DNA of 64,000 nt from Flaccisagitta enflata (lineage: Eukaryota). The stretch's first letter is position 1, and the number at the start of each line of letters is the position of its first letter. A program made the translations under genes and the position numbers. Where the stretch lies: assembly GCA_965153355.1 (NCBI GenBank), contig OZ231126.1:47120001-47184000 (forward strand). The letters are read 5' to 3'. Shown here one piece after another: positions 60,501 to 64,000 of the stretch. Below the pieces are notes generated by a model. The model ran no database searches. It had not been told where the DNA came from and saw only the letters and a list, made by a program, of their open reading frames with translations.

Positions 60501-63500
60501 AGACTCAATTTTACCAACCTGAATGGATTGGAATGGGTTGGAATGAGTTGTAATGGCTTTCAACGGTTATTTCATTCCAACTCATTCCAACCCATTTCAA
60601 TCCTGCTGAAATTTTCATCAAAATCACCCCTTATGTCATTGAAACTCATTCCAATTCATTCCAACCCATTCCAATTCATTCCAGCCCATTCCAATTCATT
60701 CCAACCCATTCCAATTCATTCCAACCCATTCCAATTCATTCCAACTCATTCCAACCCATTCAAATCCTGTTGATGTTTCTATAAAAATCACCCTTTATGT
60801 TATTCCAATTCATTCCAACCCATTCCAATCCATTCAAATTCATTCCAATTCATTCCAATTGAGTCTAAATCCCCCTATAAACCCCTACCTTTTAGCCCCT
60901 CCCATTCTAGGAACTCAACTCAAAAGGACCAATAATTCTTCAATTTGAAGATTTCATTCAAGTCCATTCAGGTTGTCATTCGGGCTCTACCCTAAGGTGT
61001 AGAGCCTGAATGAAAATTTTCTTTAGTTATCATTATGGTTCAGTTTCTTGATTGGGAGGGGCTAAGAGGTAGGGGTTTAACGGGGGATTTAGACTCAATT
61101 TTCACAACCTGAATGGATTGGAATGGGTTGGAATGAGTTGTAATGGCTTTCAACGTTTATTTCATTTCAACTCATTCAACCATTCAGTATCCTACAGAAT
61201 GATTTGGAATCAATTAGAATGGATTGGAATGGGTTGGAATGTGTTGTAAAGTCTTTCAACGTTCATTTCATGCCCACTCATTCCAACCCATTCAAATCAT
61301 GTCCTTATTTCTAACAAACTCACCCTTAATGTCATTTCAACCCATTCCAATCCATTCTAATTCATTCCAACCCATTCAGATTCATTCCAACCCATTCCAA
61401 TTCATTCCAACTCATTCCAACCCATTCAAATCCTGTTGAGATTCTATAAGAAATCACCCTTTATGTTATTCAATTCATTCCAACCCATTTCCAACCCATT
61501 GTGGCTTAGTCCAATCATTCAGTTAGGTCATCCCTATAAACCCCTGCCTTTAGCCTCCCATTCTAGGAACTCCCAACTCAAAAGGACCAATAATTCTTCA
61601 ATTTGAAGATTTAATTCAAGTCCATTCAGGTTGTCATTCGGGCTCTACCCTAAGGTGTAGAGCCTGAATGAAAATTCTCTTTAGTTATCACTATGGTTCA
61701 GTTTCTTGATTGGGAGGGGCTAAGCAGAGGTAGGGGTTTGCGAGGGGATTTAGACTCAATTTCCAACCTGAATGGATTGGAATGGGTTGGAATGAGTTGT
61801 AATGGCTTTCAACGATTATTTCTGTTTAACTCATTTCAGCCATTCAAATATCTGTGAGTACTATCAAATCTACATATGTCAATGAAACTCATTCCAGAAT
61901 TTGAAATTAGCCTTTCAGTTCATTTTCAGCCCAAAACAATTCATTAAGGCTGTTCCAATTTCATTCCAACCCATTCCAATTCATTTCAACCCATTCCAAT
62001 TCATTCCAACCCATTCAAATCCTGTTGATGTTTCTATAAAAATCACCCTTTGTTATTCCAATTCATTCCATCCCATTCCAATCCATTCAAATTCATTCCA
62101 ATTCATTCCAATTGAGTCTAAATCCCCCTATAAACCCCTACCTTTTAGCCCCTCCCATTCTAGGAACTCAACTCAAAAGGACCAATAATTCTTCAATTTG
62201 AAGATTTCATTCAAGTCCATTCAGGTTGTCATTCGGGCTCTACCCTAAGGTGTAGAGCCTGAATGAAAATTTTCTTTAGTTATCACTATGGTTCAGTTTC
62301 TTGATTAGGAGGGGCTAAGAGGTAGAGGTTGCACGAAGGATTGGGACTCAATTTTAACTTCCTGAATGGATTGGAATGGGTTGGAATGAGTTGTAATAAC
62401 TTCAGCGTTATTTCATTCCACTCATTAGCCCATTTCCAAATCATAACAGAAATTTCATCAAAATCACATATGTCATTAAACTCATTCCAATTCATTCCAA
62501 CCCATTTCAATACACTCCAACCCATTCCAATTCATTCCAACCCATTCTAATTCATTTAACCATTCTAAATCCTGTTGATGTTTTATAAATCTACATATCT
62601 TATTCAATTCATTTCAACCCATTCCAATTCATTCCAATTCATTCCAACCCATTCTAATTCATTCCAACCCATTCCAATCCGTTCCAATTCATTCCAACCC
62701 ATTCAGATTCATTCCAACCCATTCCAATTCATTCCAACTCATTCCAACCCATTCTAATTCATTCCAACCCATTCCAATCCGTTCCAATTCATTCCAACCC
62801 ATTCAGATTCATTCCAACCCATTCCAATTCATTCCAACTCATTCCAACCCATTCAAATCCTGTTGAAGTTTCTATCAAAATCACCCTTTATGTTATTCCA
62901 ATTCATTCCAACCCATTCCAACCCATTCCAATCCATTCCAATTCATTCCAATTGAGTCTAAATCCCCCTATAAACCCCTACCTTTTAGCCCCTCCCATTC
63001 TAGGAACTCAACTCAAAAGGACCAATAATTCTTCAATTTGAAGATTTCATTCAAGTCCATTCAGGTTGTCATTCGGGCTCTACCCTAAGGTGTAGAGCCT
63101 GAATGAAAATTTTCTTTAGTTATCACTATGGTTCAGTTTCAGCAGTTGGAGGCTAAGAGGTCAGGTTTGCTGAGGATTTAAACTCAATTTTAACAACCCT
63201 GAATGGTTGAATGGAGACAGAATATTAAATATTTCAACGGTTGGCTGTTTCAGCTTATTTCCAACCCATTTCAATCCTGCTGAAATTTTCCTCGAAATCA
63301 CCCCTTATGTCATTGAAACTCATTCCAATTCATTCCAATTCATTCCAACCCCTTTCAATTCATTCCAACCCATTCCAATTCATTCAGCCCATTCAATTCA
63401 TTCCACTTGTTTGATTCATTTCCAACCCATTCCAATTCATTCCAACTCATTTCAAGCATTTCCAAATCCTGTTGATGTTCCTATCAAAATCACCCTTTAT

Positions 63501-64000
63501 GTATTCCAATTCATATTCCAACCCATTCCAATCCATTCAAATTCAATCTCAATTCATTCAGTGAGTCTAAATCCCCCTATAAACCCCTACCTTTTAGCCT
63601 CTCCCATTCTAGGAACTCAACTCAAAAGGACCAATAATTCTTCAGTTTGAAGATTTCATTCAAGTCCATTCAGGTTGTCATTCGGGCTCTACCCTACGGT
63701 GTAGAGCCTGAATGAAAAGTATAATTAGTTATCACTATGGTTCAGTTTCTTGATTGGGAGGGGCTAATAAGTAGGGGTTTATGAGAGGATTTAGAACCAA
63801 TTTTGATAACCTGAATGGACTTGAATGGGTTTGAATAGGTTTGAATGACTCGTGATGGGATCCAACAAGAATTTCATTACAACCAATTCCAACTCATTCC
63901 AACCCATTCCAATCCCGTTGAAATTTCCATGAAAATCACACTAGATGTCATTCAAACTCGTTTCAATTCATTCAAGCCCATTTTCCAATTCAGTAATTCA
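57600..64000. repeat. Higher-order satellite with ~560-840-bp units built on (GGAAT)n and a hairpin core; orientation switches near 60210-60270
   Basis: Core GGCTCTACACCTTAGGGTAGAGCC near 57961, 58652, 59210, 59790; reverse-complement cores near 60392, 60982, 61640, 62235, 63075, 63684. Confidence 0.95.

Noticed and set aside
57600-64000. CRISPR-like look (regularly recurring palindromic core)
   Set aside because: The intervening sequences are ~600-bp copies of each other, not unique spacers; no cas genes; eukaryotic context.
57600-64000. Human HSat2/3 contamination
   Set aside because: The GGAAT tracts are embedded in a complex hairpin-containing monomer, with a diverged relic in the adjoining unique DNA (~57370).

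Overview
AT-rich, repeat-dense eukaryotic genomic DNA with spliceosomal GT-AG introns, most likely from an invertebrate animal; the taxon cannot be determined from sequence alone. Two genes are supported, both on the minus strand. (1) A five-exon gene (18659 to 255, running off the left edge; at least 1368 aa) with a Pro/Arg/Ser-rich N-terminus and at least 9 CCCH zinc fingers, five of which carry an unusual CxxC-x8-10-C-x1-2-C extension. (2) The 3' exons of a mitochondrial-type valyl-tRNA synthetase (VARS2-like; KMSKS motif and anticodon-binding domain), whose 5' exons I could not find in the 42 kb upstream. That upstream region holds remnants of a decayed multi-exon gene. The rest is mostly non-autonomous transposons. 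These include more than 20 Helentron-type HINE copies (several carrying satellite arrays), palindromic MITEs with TA, 5-, 6- or 8-bp target-site duplications (TSDs), a four-level nested insertion, and a MITE with a tRNA-like core. There are also micro- and minisatellites and a ~0.6-kb GGAAT higher-order satellite that flips orientation near 60.2 kb. An Illumina adapter at 31819-31839 and noisy repeat tracts indicate assembly artefacts. No transposase, CRISPR array or prokaryotic system was seen.
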